DNA of 64,000 bases from an uncultured Bacteroidales bacterium (lineage in GTDB: Bacteria; Bacteroidota; Bacteroidia; Bacteroidales; GCA-2748055). Every line of letters begins with the position of its first letter. Positions within the stretch are counted from its first letter, which is position 1. The stretch lies in NCBI GenBank assembly GCA_963779845.1, contig CAVZZV010000006.1, positions 226,595 through 290,594 on the forward strand, read 5' to 3'. The notes beneath the pieces were generated by a model. That model ran no database searches and was not told where the DNA came from. It saw only the letters and a program-made list of their open reading frames with translations. Made by a program: the position numbers and the translations under genes. Positions 49,264 to 59,284 of this stretch are shown here, piece by piece.

Positions 49264-51369
49264 ATGCAGGAATTACTGGAAACGGAAATAAAATTTCTTC
49301 CTGGTGTGGGACCACGAAAGGCAGAATTGCTGAACAGGGAACTGGCGATTTTTACCTACAGGGATCTATTGTATTATTTTCCCTACCGTTATCTCGACCG
49401 GACCCAGTTTTATACAATCGATGAGCTGAGTCCTGACCTTCCCTATATACAGTTAAAAGGGAAAATAACCGGATATGAAAAAATCGGAGCCGCAAGGGGA
49501 CATAAACGACTGGTTGCAGGATTTAGCGACGGGACAGGGGAAATTGAACTCATCTGGTTTCAGGGATATAAGTGGATAACAGAAACCTACACACCGGGAA
49601 GTGAATTTATTGTTTTCGGTAAGCCCTCTGTTTTTAACGGAAAGATCAATATAATTCACCCTGATCTGGATCCGGCTGAAAAACAAACTCAACTGACCGA
49701 AAAACTTCAGCCCCTTTATCATACTTCCGAAAAACTCAAGAACAACTATTTGACCAGCAAAGCAATCCAAAAACTGATCCATTCCCTCCTTCTTATACTT
49801 AGAAGCGATATTGAAGAAAGCCTTCCTGCCTACCTGCTAAAAAAAGCCCGGCTAATCCCACTTTGGGAAAGTCTTCACAATATACATTTCCCTGAAAGTC
49901 CTGAAAAATTTAAAAAAGCGGAGTTCCGGCTGAAATTCGAAGAATTGTTTTTCATCCAATTGAAAATTTTAAAAACGAGGGCTAACAGAATAGAAAATAT
50001 CCGCGGATTTATGTTTACCCGTGTTGGCGATTATTTCAATACTTTTTATAAAGAAAAGTTACCCTTTGAACTGACCGGAGCCCAAAAAAAAGTCTTAAAA
50101 GAAATCCGTGCCGACATGGGATCAGGTAAGCAGATGAGCCGTCTGCTTCAGGGCGACGTAGGCAGCGGAAAAACCCTTGTTGCTCTTATGAGCATGCTTA
50201 TTGCACTGGACAATGGTTTTCAGGTTTGTCTGATGGCCCCTACTGAAATACTGGCCCGACAACATTTTAAATCCTTGACAGATTTTCTTAAAGGAATGGA
50301 GGTTAAAATTGATATACTGACCGGCTCAACCAAAAAAGCGGCACGAGAAAAATTACATGGCCATCTCCGTGAGGGCAGCCTCCATATCCTGGTCGGCACC
50401 CATGCTCTTCTTGAAGATGAGGTCAGGTTCCTGAACCTCGGGCTGGTCATCATCGACGAGCAACATCGGTTTGGAGTTGCCCAGCGCGCAAGATTATGGA
50501 AGAAAAACACACAGATACCCCATGTTCTGGTGATGACGGCAACCCCAATTCCCCGGACCCTGGCGATGACCCTGTATGGAGACCTTGACCTATCCATTAT
50601 CGATGAACTGCCTCCGGGAAGAAAACCGATAAAAACATATCATATCACAGATAGCAAGCGATTAAGAATGCATGGTTTTATCCGGCAACAGATCGCTTCA
50701 GGCCGTCAGATATACATTGTCTACCCCCTCATCAAAGAATCGGAGAAAATGGATTTCAAAGACCTTGAAGATGGTTACGCGGCAATCACCGACGCCTTCC
50801 CCCCGCCCGACTATTATGTAAGCGTTGTTCATGGCAAGATGAAAGCTGACGAAAAAGAGGTGTCGATGAGGCAATTTGCCACCGGAAAATCCCAGATACT
50901 TGTGGCGACCACGGTTATTGAAGTGGGCGTCGATGTCCCAAATGCAAGTGTTATGGTAATTGAAAGTGCTGAACGCTTCGGGCTTTCCCAGCTTCATCAA
51001 CTGAGAGGAAGAGTCGGTCGCGGGGCAGACCAGTCACATTGTATACTCATGACCGGCTACAAACTTTCTGTCGATTCCCGAAAAAGGATGGAAACTATGG
51101 TAAGAACTAACGATGGGTTTGAGATTGCCGAAACCGATCTCAAACTGCGGGGTCCCGGGGATATTGAGGGGACACAGCAAAGCGGGATACCCTTTGACCT
51201 TAAAATTGCCCATCTGGGGAAAGATGGTCAAATCCTTCTGTATGCACGGGATATTGCATTGGAGATCCTCGAATCTGATCCAGGCTTGATCAGGGAGGAA
51301 AACCAAATCCTGCAAAAACAAATGCGTAAAAAATTTTTAAAAGATTTTAATTGGTCCCTAATAGGATAA
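49264..51369 (+). CDS. recG: ATP-dependent DNA helicase RecG
   Basis: 701 aa. Wedge domain, Walker A DVGSGKT, DEQHRFG, QLHQLRGRVGRG. Confidence 0.93.
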   Translation: MQELLETEIKFLPGVGPRKAELLNRELAIFTYRDLLYYFPYRYLDRTQFYTIDELSPDLPYIQLKGKITGYEKIGAARGHKRLVAGFSDGTGEIELIWFQGYKWITETYTPGSEFIVFGKPSVFNGKINIIHPDLDPAEKQTQLTEKLQPLYHTSEKLKNNYLTSKAIQKLIHSLLLILRSDIEESLPAYLLKKARLIPLWESLHNIHFPESPEKFKKAEFRLKFEELFFIQLKILKTRANRIENIRGFMFTRVGDYFNTFYKEKLPFELTGAQKKVLKEIRADMGSGKQMSRLLQGDVGSGKTLVALMSMLIALDNGFQVCLMAPTEILARQHFKSLTDFLKGMEVKIDILTGSTKKAAREKLHGHLREGSLHILVGTHALLEDEVRFLNLGLVIIDEQHRFGVAQRARLWKKNTQIPHVLVMTATPIPRTLAMTLYGDLDLSIIDELPPGRKPIKTYHITDSKRLRMHGFIRQQIASGRQIYIVYPLIKESEKMDFKDLEDGYAAITDAFPPPDYYVSVVHGKMKADEKEVSMRQFATGKSQILVATTVIEVGVDVPNASVMVIESAERFGLSQLHQLRGRVGRGADQSHCILMTGYKLSVDSRKRMETMVRTNDGFEIAETDLKLRGPGDIEGTQQSGIPFDLKIAHLGKDGQILLYARDIALEILESDPGLIREENQILQKQMRKKFLKDFNWSLIG

Positions 51370-51489
51370 AATTCCCTCCTCTTTTCAGCCCTCGCTCTGA
51401 ATTTCTTTTCAATACCTGTGGTTAATCATTTTTTAAACCCTTCTATTTCCCGGTTGTTATACTTATGTAAACGCACATAAATTCCGACC

Positions 51490-52902
51490 ATGAGATTCTT
51501 TACCCAACCCAAATTTTTCATGCTTTCAGTTTTGGTATTCCTTCTTAATGCCAATGAAATGAGGGCCCAAATTAAGATTGGGGAAACTATGGTTGATACC
51601 ACTACTTTGATTGGTGGGTTGGATACCCCATGGGAAATTTTATGGGGCCCGGATAATTACCTATGGATAACTGAAAGGTATGGGAGGGTGAGCAGGATCG
51701 ATCCCCTATCCGGTACCTTAACCGAAATACTAACCATTGCGGATGTCTATGAGGATCAGGAAGCCGGCCTCTTGGGGATGGCCCTGCATCGTGATTTCGA
51801 AAACAAGCCCTTGGTTTTCCTCGTTTATACCTATAGGGAGGAATCCCGGACCAAAGAAAAACTGGTTCAGTATAGTTACCACAATGGGCTGTTGGATTCG
51901 CCGGTGATATTACTGGAGGACATTCAAGGGGCCTCCTTTCACATTGGATCCCGGATAGCCATCGATACCAATAACTGTATATTTTTAACCACGGGAGATG
52001 CTACAGAAACCTCCCTGGCCCAGGACCCCGGCTCTCTGAGCGGTAAGATCCTCAAAATGAAGATAGATGGAAGTATCCCACCTGACAATCCCGACCCGGG
52101 AAGCTATGTCTGGTCGCTCGGTCATCGGAATCCTCAGGGACTGGTCATCAGCCCGTCGGGAAAGATTTACAGTTCCGAACACGGTCCCGATTCCGATGAT
52201 GAACTAAACATCATAAGGAGGGGGGGTAATTACGGTTGGCCCGTCGTTGAAGGTTATTGCGATAATGAAAGTGAAATTGGTTTTTGCGATACGAATAATG
52301 TACGTCAGCCTATACTGGCCTGGACCCCTACCCTGGCAGTGGCCGGTATCGACTATTATACCAGCGATGCCATCCCTTTTTGGCATAACTCAATCCTTAT
52401 GGCCTGCCTTAAGGCCCAAAAGCTCGTCGCAGTTCATTTGGACGAGGAAGGTAACACCGCTTTGAACGAATCCTCATTTTTCCAAAATGCTTTTGGTCGC
52501 CTTAGGGATGTCTGTATTTCCCCTGATGGAGTTGTTTATCTGGCAGTTTCGAATAAAGACGGCAGGGGGATTCCTAAAAACGTTGACGATCGCATCATTC
52601 AGATTGGAAAAGCTGAAGGACAAGGCCTTTTTTCCCCGTCACACGATAATAAATTATTGATCTACCCTAACCCATCATCAGGAAATAAGTTTAGCCTTAA
52701 TATCCCTGATATCGCTAATTCCTTATGGGAACTATGTATTTATGACGGCAGCGGACGACAGATCCTCACAAAGCAAATCAGATTTGAAGGAAAAGATTTT
52801 GAATTTGAGCATAAATTTGCACCTGGTTTCTATATTGTCTCCTTGAAGAATCCGGAAAAAGTGTATAATTCAATTCTAATAAATTATCCAGAGCCTGAGT
52901 GA
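51490..52902 (+). CDS. PQQ-dependent sugar (glucose/sorbosone) dehydrogenase-like beta-propeller with T9SS C-terminal sorting domain
   Basis: 470 aa with a signal peptide. Motifs: LLGMALHRDF, GHRNPQGL, GGNYGWP. The last ~80 aa (LLIYPNPSSGNKFSLNI...IYDGSGRQI...PGFYIVSLKN) match the type A T9SS CTD pattern. Confidence 0.8.
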   Translation: MRFFTQPKFFMLSVLVFLLNANEMRAQIKIGETMVDTTTLIGGLDTPWEILWGPDNYLWITERYGRVSRIDPLSGTLTEILTIADVYEDQEAGLLGMALHRDFENKPLVFLVYTYREESRTKEKLVQYSYHNGLLDSPVILLEDIQGASFHIGSRIAIDTNNCIFLTTGDATETSLAQDPGSLSGKILKMKIDGSIPPDNPDPGSYVWSLGHRNPQGLVISPSGKIYSSEHGPDSDDELNIIRRGGNYGWPVVEGYCDNESEIGFCDTNNVRQPILAWTPTLAVAGIDYYTSDAIPFWHNSILMACLKAQKLVAVHLDEEGNTALNESSFFQNAFGRLRDVCISPDGVVYLAVSNKDGRGIPKNVDDRIIQIGKAEGQGLFSPSHDNKLLIYPNPSSGNKFSLNIPDIANSLWELCIYDGSGRQILTKQIRFEGKDFEFEHKFAPGFYIVSLKNPEKVYNSILINYPEPE

Positions 52903-53088
52903 CTCCCCCTGAATTCTCTTCCGGTTCCATGGCAGAGGCTATAGCACCACCACCATCAGTATAGTAAAGAGGGTACCAAAAAATATATTTTTCCTCCATT
53001 TAGGGCTTTCAATTATTTATAATCAAAATAAATTATCATAATACCCTCATAAACTGTTAAAAAGCAAGTTTTAATAATTCCTGAATTA

Positions 53089-53096
53089 TAATTTTG
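53089..53096 (+). promoter_or_regulatory. candidate -7 box (TAATTTTG) for the rseC-rnf operon
   Basis: Matches TAnnTTTG, 22 nt upstream of the ATG at 53118. Confidence 0.35.
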
Positions 53097-53117
53097 TACC
53101 TCAAATTAAAGGTCAAT

Positions 53118-53546
53118 ATGTCTGCCAGTTCAACCATTGAACATTCGGGAATAGTGGAAAGCATAAGCAGTGGAGGGATAAGAGTTAAGTTTACCGCCTT
53201 TTCAGCCTGTGCCTCCTGTCATGCCAAAGGTTATTGCTCAGCTTCTGAAATGGAAGAAAAAGAAATTTCCATTCAAAATTATACAGGTAACTACCAGGTA
53301 GGGGAAAAAGTGAATATTATCATGGCCCGTGCACTCGCCACTAAGGCCCTTACTATTGGTTATATTTTCCCATTTCTTTTGATTGTTATTTTGTTATTAG
53401 GTTTGTCTGCTATGGGTATCAATGAGTTGCAAGCTGGGATCATTTCACTAACCACTCTGCTTCCCTATTATCTTTTGATATATCTGTTTCGAAATAAAAT
53501 CGAGAGAAAGTTTATTTTTTCAATCAGAAAATACAATTATGTCTGA
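53118..53546 (+). CDS. rseC: RseC/MucC family (SoxR-reducing system) membrane protein
   Basis: The ORF starts at 53094, but the likely start is ATG 53118 (MSASSTIEHSGIVESISSGGIRVKF...CASCHAKGYC). Two C-terminal TM helices. Overlaps rnfB by 8 nt. Confidence 0.7.
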   Translation: MSASSTIEHSGIVESISSGGIRVKFTAFSACASCHAKGYCSASEMEEKEISIQNYTGNYQVGEKVNIIMARALATKALTIGYIFPFLLIVILLLGLSAMGINELQAGIISLTTLLPYYLLIYLFRNKIERKFIFSIRKYNYV

Positions 53547-54402
53547 TGTCTTAATATTTACGATAATAAGTTTAAGCCTGATAGGGATTCTTTCGGCTCT
53601 TATATTGTATGTAGTAGCCAGGAAATTTAAGGTTTATGAGGATCCGCGCATCGATTTGGTGGAAGCCGAGTTGCCCTCTGCCAATTGTGGCGGTTGTGGT
53701 TTCGCAGGGTGCAGGGCTTTTGCAGAGGCATTGGTAAAAGCGGATGTCCTGAACGATCTCTATTGCCCCGTGGGTGGTAATGATACCATGAAAATAACCG
53801 CTGAAATTCTGGGTAGGCAAGCCAGTGAGCAAGCCCCGACTGTTGCCGTGGTACGTTGCAACGGGACACCACAATTTCGTCCCCGTACCAATAATTATGA
53901 CGGGGCAATTTCCTGTGCTGTAGCCCATAGCTTATATATTGGTGAAACAGACTGCCCATACGGCTGTCTGGGTTGTGGCGACTGTGTTGAAGCCTGTGCT
54001 TTCGATGCCATTCATATGAACGCGGCCACAGGCCTGCCAGAAGTAACCGACGAAAAATGTACGGCTTGCGGAGCCTGTGTCAAAGCTTGCCCGAGGGATA
54101 TCATCGAGCTCAGGAAGAAAAACCCTAAAGACCGGAAAATTTTTGTTTCATGCATTAATGAAGACAAGGGGGGTGTGGCAAGAAAATATTGCTCGGTAGC
54201 CTGCATTGCCTGCACTAAGTGTGTTCAGGTTTGCCCCTTTGAGGCGATAACCATGGGAAACAATCTAGCTTATATCGATCCTGTAAAATGTAGGTTGTGC
54301 CGCAAATGCGTTCCGGTTTGCCCCACCAATTCTATCCTGGAAATCAATTTCCCGCCACGGAAAGATAAAGTGGAAAAAGAAGAAGAGCGGCAACAAGCAT
54401 AA
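53539..54402 (+). CDS. rnfB: Rnf electron transport complex subunit B
   Basis: 287 aa. N-terminal TM helix, CGGCGFAGC, and several CxxCxxCxxxCP ferredoxin motifs. Confidence 0.9.
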   Translation: MSDVLIFTIISLSLIGILSALILYVVARKFKVYEDPRIDLVEAELPSANCGGCGFAGCRAFAEALVKADVLNDLYCPVGGNDTMKITAEILGRQASEQAPTVAVVRCNGTPQFRPRTNNYDGAISCAVAHSLYIGETDCPYGCLGCGDCVEACAFDAIHMNAATGLPEVTDEKCTACGACVKACPRDIIELRKKNPKDRKIFVSCINEDKGGVARKYCSVACIACTKCVQVCPFEAITMGNNLAYIDPVKCRLCRKCVPVCPTNSILEINFPPRKDKVEKEEERQQA

Positions 54403-54445
54403 GCAATGAAAAAAGAGATGATTTTAAAACCGAGGGAGGTATAAA

Positions 54446-55780
54446 GTGTTAAAAACATTTTCCAAAGGAGGGGTACATCCAGATTCAAATAAACTTTCTG
54501 CAGAAAAACCGCTTCAAATTTTACCCTTGCCGGAAATCCTGACCATTCCGGTTTCCCAACACATTGGAGCACCGGCTAAAGTTCTTGTGAAAAAAGGGGA
54601 TAAAGTTCTTACAGGTCAGTTAATAGCACAGTCGGGCGGATTTGTTTCCGCAAACGTGCATGCTTCTGCCAGTGGGACAGTGCAGAAAACCGACCTTTTC
54701 ATGGACAGTTCAGGTTATCGGCGTATGGCAGTGCAGATCAAAGTTGAAGGCGATGAGTGGATAGAAGGGGTTGATCATTCAAGTGACATCCGTAAAACTT
54801 TTTCCCATAGTGCAGAAGAAATTATCAGCATCATCAGCGACGCCGGGCTGGTTGGCTTAGGTGGTGCTACTTTCCCATCACATGTCAAACTTACGGTCCC
54901 TAAAAACAAAAAAGTGGAATATCTCCTGGTCAATGGGGTTGAATGTGAACCCTATCTGACCGCAGACCACGCCCTCATGTTGGAAAAAGGCGAAGAGATT
55001 TTAGTCGGCATACGGATCATGATGAAAGCCCTGAAGGTTGAAAAAGCCATTATCGGGATAGAAAACAATAAAAAAGATGCCATAGAGCACCTAAGAAGGC
55101 TCACTGGAAAAGAAGAAGGGATCGATGTGGTGGCCCTTAAAGTAAAGTATCCTCAGGGTGGAGAGAAACAACTGACTCAGGCAATCCTTGGAAGGGAAGT
55201 TCCGTCCGGCGGATTGCCCATCGATGTCGGCGTAGTAGCCTTCAATGTCGGAAGTTTTTATGCAGCCTACGAAGCAGTCCAGCATCATAAACCTTTAATA
55301 GAGCGGGTCGTCACTGTGACAGGTAAATCGCTCAAAAACCCTTCAAATTTTATTGTCCGCATTGGCACGCCCATAAGAGCATTAATTGAAGCTGCCGGAG
55401 GATTACCGGAAGACACCGGAAAGATAGTAAACGGGGGCCCGATGATGGGCAAGGCACTCCTCAGCCTTGATGTCCCGATTGTGAAAGGAAGTTCAGGCAT
55501 CCTGGTAATTCCGGAAAAAGAGGCTCAAAGAAAATTGGTGATCAACTGTATCCGCTGTACCAAGTGTGTGAATGTATGCCCTATGGGCCTTGAACCATAC
55601 CTTCTAATGAGTTTGTCCCAAAATGAAATGTGGGAAAGAATGGAGGCTGAGAAGGTAATGGATTGTATTGAATGCGGCTCGTGCAGCTTTATTTGTCCTT
55701 CAAACAGGCCTTTGCTGGACTACATCAGATTGGGTAAGCAAAATGTTTCCAAATTGATTAGATCAAGAAAAATTAACTAA
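54446..55780 (+). CDS. rnfC: Rnf electron transport complex subunit C
   Basis: 444 aa with a GTG start. GLVGLGGATFPSH, and two 4Fe-4S motifs CIRCTKCVNVCP and CIECGSCSFICP. Confidence 0.92.
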   Translation: MLKTFSKGGVHPDSNKLSAEKPLQILPLPEILTIPVSQHIGAPAKVLVKKGDKVLTGQLIAQSGGFVSANVHASASGTVQKTDLFMDSSGYRRMAVQIKVEGDEWIEGVDHSSDIRKTFSHSAEEIISIISDAGLVGLGGATFPSHVKLTVPKNKKVEYLLVNGVECEPYLTADHALMLEKGEEILVGIRIMMKALKVEKAIIGIENNKKDAIEHLRRLTGKEEGIDVVALKVKYPQGGEKQLTQAILGREVPSGGLPIDVGVVAFNVGSFYAAYEAVQHHKPLIERVVTVTGKSLKNPSNFIVRIGTPIRALIEAAGGLPEDTGKIVNGGPMMGKALLSLDVPIVKGSSGILVIPEKEAQRKLVINCIRCTKCVNVCPMGLEPYLLMSLSQNEMWERMEAEKVMDCIECGSCSFICPSNRPLLDYIRLGKQNVSKLIRSRKIN

Positions 55781-55797
55781 CCGATTCGCCTGTCGAT

Positions 55798-56796
55798 ATG
55801 AAAATACTAACAGTTTCCCCCTCCCCTCATGTCCAATCGAACGAATCGGTTCCCAGGCTGATGTATGGCGTTATCTTCGCCCTCCTTCCGGCTTTCGCGG
55901 TCTCCGTCTATTTTTTCGGAATCGGAATGCTTATTATCACAACCACATCGATAGTTTCCTGTGTTCTATTTGAGTATTTGATTCAAAAATACCTTCTTAA
56001 GCAGCCGGTCTCTCATTTTGACGGTTCAGCAATGCTCACAGGACTATTGCTGGCTTTTTGCCTTCCGGCAAATATACCGGTATGGATAGTTCTGATCGGA
56101 TCCCTTGTTGCCATTGGCGTAGGGAAAATGACATTCGGAGGGATAGGGAACAATCCCTTTAACCCAGCCCTTGTAGGAAGGGTTTTTCTTTTCGTCTCCT
56201 TTCCGGTAGCCCTAACCTCTTATCCAAAACCGGGTCAGTGGTTACAATATACCGATGCGATTACCGGGCCCACCCCCCTTAGTTTGTTAAATGAAAGTGG
56301 AGCCTCAGGACAAGGCATTGCAGAAGTGATATCTTCAGTTCCCTCCTATCTCGACATGTTTATTGGCAAAATGTCTGGTTCCGCGGGTGAAGTTGCCGCC
56401 CTCGCCCTTCTTCTCGGACTTTTATATATGCTATGGAAGGGGATCATTTCCTGGCATATTCCGATTAGTATTCTTTTAACTGTATTCATTTTTACGGGAA
56501 TACTCTGGCTGGTAAATGATGAAAAATTTGTCAATCCTCTGTTCCACCTTCTCACCGGAGGCCTTATGCTCGGTGCAATCTTTATGGCGACCGATTATGT
56601 AACCTCCCCCATGACAAAATCAGGTATGTTAGTTTATGGCATTGGAATAGGAGTTCTGACTGTTTTGATCAGGGTTTTTGGTTCCTATCCTGAGGGCGTT
56701 CAGTTTGCCATCCTGATATTCAACGGGTTTACCCCGCTTATCAATAAATATTTTAAACCAAAAAGATTCGGAGAAGCCAGACATGTCCAAGCGTGA
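55798..56796 (+). CDS. rnfD: Rnf electron transport complex subunit D
   Basis: 332 aa polytopic membrane protein. SPHV...; FMATDYVTSP. Confidence 0.92.
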   Translation: MKILTVSPSPHVQSNESVPRLMYGVIFALLPAFAVSVYFFGIGMLIITTTSIVSCVLFEYLIQKYLLKQPVSHFDGSAMLTGLLLAFCLPANIPVWIVLIGSLVAIGVGKMTFGGIGNNPFNPALVGRVFLFVSFPVALTSYPKPGQWLQYTDAITGPTPLSLLNESGASGQGIAEVISSVPSYLDMFIGKMSGSAGEVAALALLLGLLYMLWKGIISWHIPISILLTVFIFTGILWLVNDEKFVNPLFHLLTGGLMLGAIFMATDYVTSPMTKSGMLVYGIGIGVLTVLIRVFGSYPEGVQFAILIFNGFTPLINKYFKPKRFGEARHVQA

Positions 56797-57379
56797 ATCC
56801 ACTTTCAAGAATATGGTAATAAGCCTTTTCCTTGTTACCTTCATTTCCTCGGCAAGCCTGGGAACTGTTTACGAATTAACGAAAGTCCCTATTGCCGAAG
56901 CGGCCATCAAAGCAAAGAATACGGCTATATCAACCGTTCTCCCGGAGTTCGATAACGATCCCTATCAACAAAGTTTTAAAGTGCCTTCCGACATGGACTC
57001 TCTCACCTTTTATCCGGCCACAAAAAATGGTGAGCTTGTGGGGATGGCCGTCGAAACCTATACCATGAAAGGTTTTAATGGGTTTATACTTCTTATGGTA
57101 GGATTTACTCCGGATGGCACCATTCATTCTGTAGCTGTTCTTGAACATCAGGAAACACCGGGATTGGGAGAGAAAATACAATCGGACAAATCCGGCTTCG
57201 CCCTTCAGTTTGAGGGAAAAAATCCCGCTGAATTCAAATTACAGGTCAAAAAAGATAAGGGGGATATTGATGCCATTACCGCATCTACAATAACTTCAAG
57301 GGCCTATGCTGACGCTGTACAACGTGCCTATAATTCATTTATGGCTTATAAATCCAATTCTGCAACCCCTAAATCATAA
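56783..57379 (+). CDS. rnfG: Rnf electron transport complex subunit G (FMN-binding)
   Basis: 198 aa. ETPGLG and FMN attachment region DAITASTITS. Overlaps rnfD by 14 nt. Confidence 0.88.
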   Translation: MSKRESTFKNMVISLFLVTFISSASLGTVYELTKVPIAEAAIKAKNTAISTVLPEFDNDPYQQSFKVPSDMDSLTFYPATKNGELVGMAVETYTMKGFNGFILLMVGFTPDGTIHSVAVLEHQETPGLGEKIQSDKSGFALQFEGKNPAEFKLQVKKDKGDIDAITASTITSRAYADAVQRAYNSFMAYKSNSATPKS

Positions 57380-57388
57380 CTGCAAAAT

Positions 57389-57977
57389 ATGAATCAATGG
57401 CAAAATTTCAGTAAAGGGTTTTTAAAGGAAAGTCCCATTTTTGTATTATTCCTGGGACTGTGTCCTACCCTGGGTGTTACCTCCACAGCGATTAATGGAA
57501 TGGGGATGGGACTTGCCACGGCATTTGTGTCTGATCATGTCCAACCTGGTCATTTCCCTGGTAAAGAACATCATCCCGGATAAGGTACGGATCCCCTCTT
57601 ACATCGTGATTATCGCCACTTTCGTCACGGTAGTGGAGCTGGTCATGAAAGCCTATGTTCCTGAACTTTACAAGGCGCTGGGGTTATTCATCCCCTTAAT
57701 CGTTGTAAACTGTATTGTGTTGGGTCGGGCAGAAGCATTTGCATCAAAAAACAGCTGGTTGAGTTCCATTATTGATGGTGCAGGTATGGGGTTTGGTTTC
57801 ACTTTCGCGCTTACCCTTTTGGGAACGGTGCGGGAGCTCCTGGGCAATGGTTCTTTTTTCGGATTAAAATTCATAGAGGGCGACGGCATCCTCCTCTTCA
57901 TATTGCCCCCTGGTGCTTTTCTTGCTCTGGGATACCTGATCATGCTAATGACCAAATTGAAGAAGAAAATCTATTAA
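57389..57977 (+). pseudogene. rnfE: Rnf electron transport complex subunit E, one frameshift near 57529-57531; probably a sequencing artefact
   Basis: ORF 57389..57583 gives MNQWQNFSKGFLKESPIFVLFLGLCPTLGVTSTAINGMGMGLATAFV, then the frame is lost. Dropping the T in GTGTCTG gives AFVLIMSNLVISLVKNIIPDKVRIP, continuous with ORF 57441..57977. Confidence 0.88.
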
Positions 57978-57989
57978 CCCAAAATTATT

Positions 57990-58562
57990 ATGGAATATAT
58001 CATTATTGTTATTTCCGCAGTATTCGTTAGCAATATCGTCCTGAATCAGTTTCTGGGTATCTGCCCCTTCATTGGAGTGTCCAATAAAGTCGAAACAGCG
58101 TTAGGTATGACCGGGGCAGTGACCTTCGTAATGGTAATTTCCACCCTGGTTACCTATCTGCTCTTCACCTACCTGCTGGTACCTCTGGGTATTGCCTTTG
58201 CCAGAACCATTACCTTCATACTTGTTATTGCAGCCCTTGTTCAACTGGTGGAAATAATTCTCAAGAAAATCAGCCCCTCCCTTTACCAGGCATTGGGGAT
58301 CTTCCTGCCACTTATCACTACAAACTGCGCCGTGCTGGGAGTTGCAGTTTTGACTGTTCAAAAAGATTTAAATTTGTTGGAAAGCGTTTTTTTTGCTACC
58401 GGCAATGCCCTCGGATTCGGACTTGCGCTGATTCTGTTCTCAGCTATAAGAGAACAGCTCGAATTACTGAAAATCCCCAGGGCAATGAGAGGGGTACCTA
58501 TTGCTTTTATCGTGGCCGGATTGCTTGCCCTTGCCTTTATGGGTTTCGCAGGAATCGTATAG
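57990..58562 (+). CDS. rnfA: Rnf electron transport complex subunit A
   Basis: 190 aa. NQFLGICPFIGVS, LGIFLPLITTNCAVLG. Confidence 0.92.
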   Translation: MEYIIIVISAVFVSNIVLNQFLGICPFIGVSNKVETALGMTGAVTFVMVISTLVTYLLFTYLLVPLGIAFARTITFILVIAALVQLVEIILKKISPSLYQALGIFLPLITTNCAVLGVAVLTVQKDLNLLESVFFATGNALGFGLALILFSAIREQLELLKIPRAMRGVPIAFIVAGLLALAFMGFAGIV

Positions 58563-58574
58563 TCAAATTTCAAG

Positions 58575-59248
58575 ATGATGCCGGATTCTCCAATAGAACC
58601 CATGCGGGATACAATCAATCATGTATTGGCCTTTCTTAAAGATCATCTGACGAATGCCGAACCCGGGCACGACTATTGGCACTGTTACCGGGTCTGGAAG
58701 AATACCCTGAGATCTATTGACACCGAAAAGCCGATCCATTAATAAGCCAACTGGCTGCTTTGCTCCATGATATTGCAGACCCCAAATTCCATAACGGGGA
58801 TGAGAATAATGGCCCCCAAATGGCATCAGGATTTCTTAAAAGATGTCCGGTATGGAAAAAACAATAATAACTGAGGTAGAATACATCATCCGTAACATAT
58901 CCTATGCAGGAGGCTTAAAAAACAATCCGGCAAAACCTCGGAATTAATGTTGGTCAAGGATGCGGACCGTCTGGATGCTATGGGGGCTATAGGCATTGCC
59001 AGGGCCTTCAGCTATGGAGGATATATGAAAAGGGATATGTACGATCCGGAAATTCTCCCAGTAAAAAAATAAAACTCTTGAAGCCTACGAAACAGAAATT
59101 CTCCCACTATAAACCATTTTCACGAAAAACTCTTTCATTTGAAGGATCTGATGAATACCGGCACCGCCAAAAGACTGGCTCTGAAAAGACATAAATAATG
59201 GAAGAGTTCCTGAAGGAATTTCTGCAGGAATGGGAAGGAAAAGAATAG
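58575..59248 (+). pseudogene. HD-domain phosphohydrolase (YedJ-like), at least 6 frameshifts
   Basis: Pieces in three frames: ...AEPGHDYWHCYRVWKNTL / ADPLISQLAALLHDIADPKFHNGDENNGPQMASGFLK / [24 protein letters not shown] / [39 protein letters not shown] / SPTINHFHEKLFHLKDLMNTGTAKRLA / MEEFLKEFLQEWEGKE*. Confidence 0.75.
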
Positions 59249-59284
59249 GGGCCCGGAAATCCGCCGGACCCTGTCATCTCTGGC

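Noticed and set aside
52778-52999. 73-aa minus-strand ORF partly in the spacer after the PQQ-dehydrogenase gene
   Set aside because: About 125 nt overlap the dehydrogenase 3' end. It has no promoter-like box and no recognisable motif. It cannot be excluded as a small protein, but nothing supports it.
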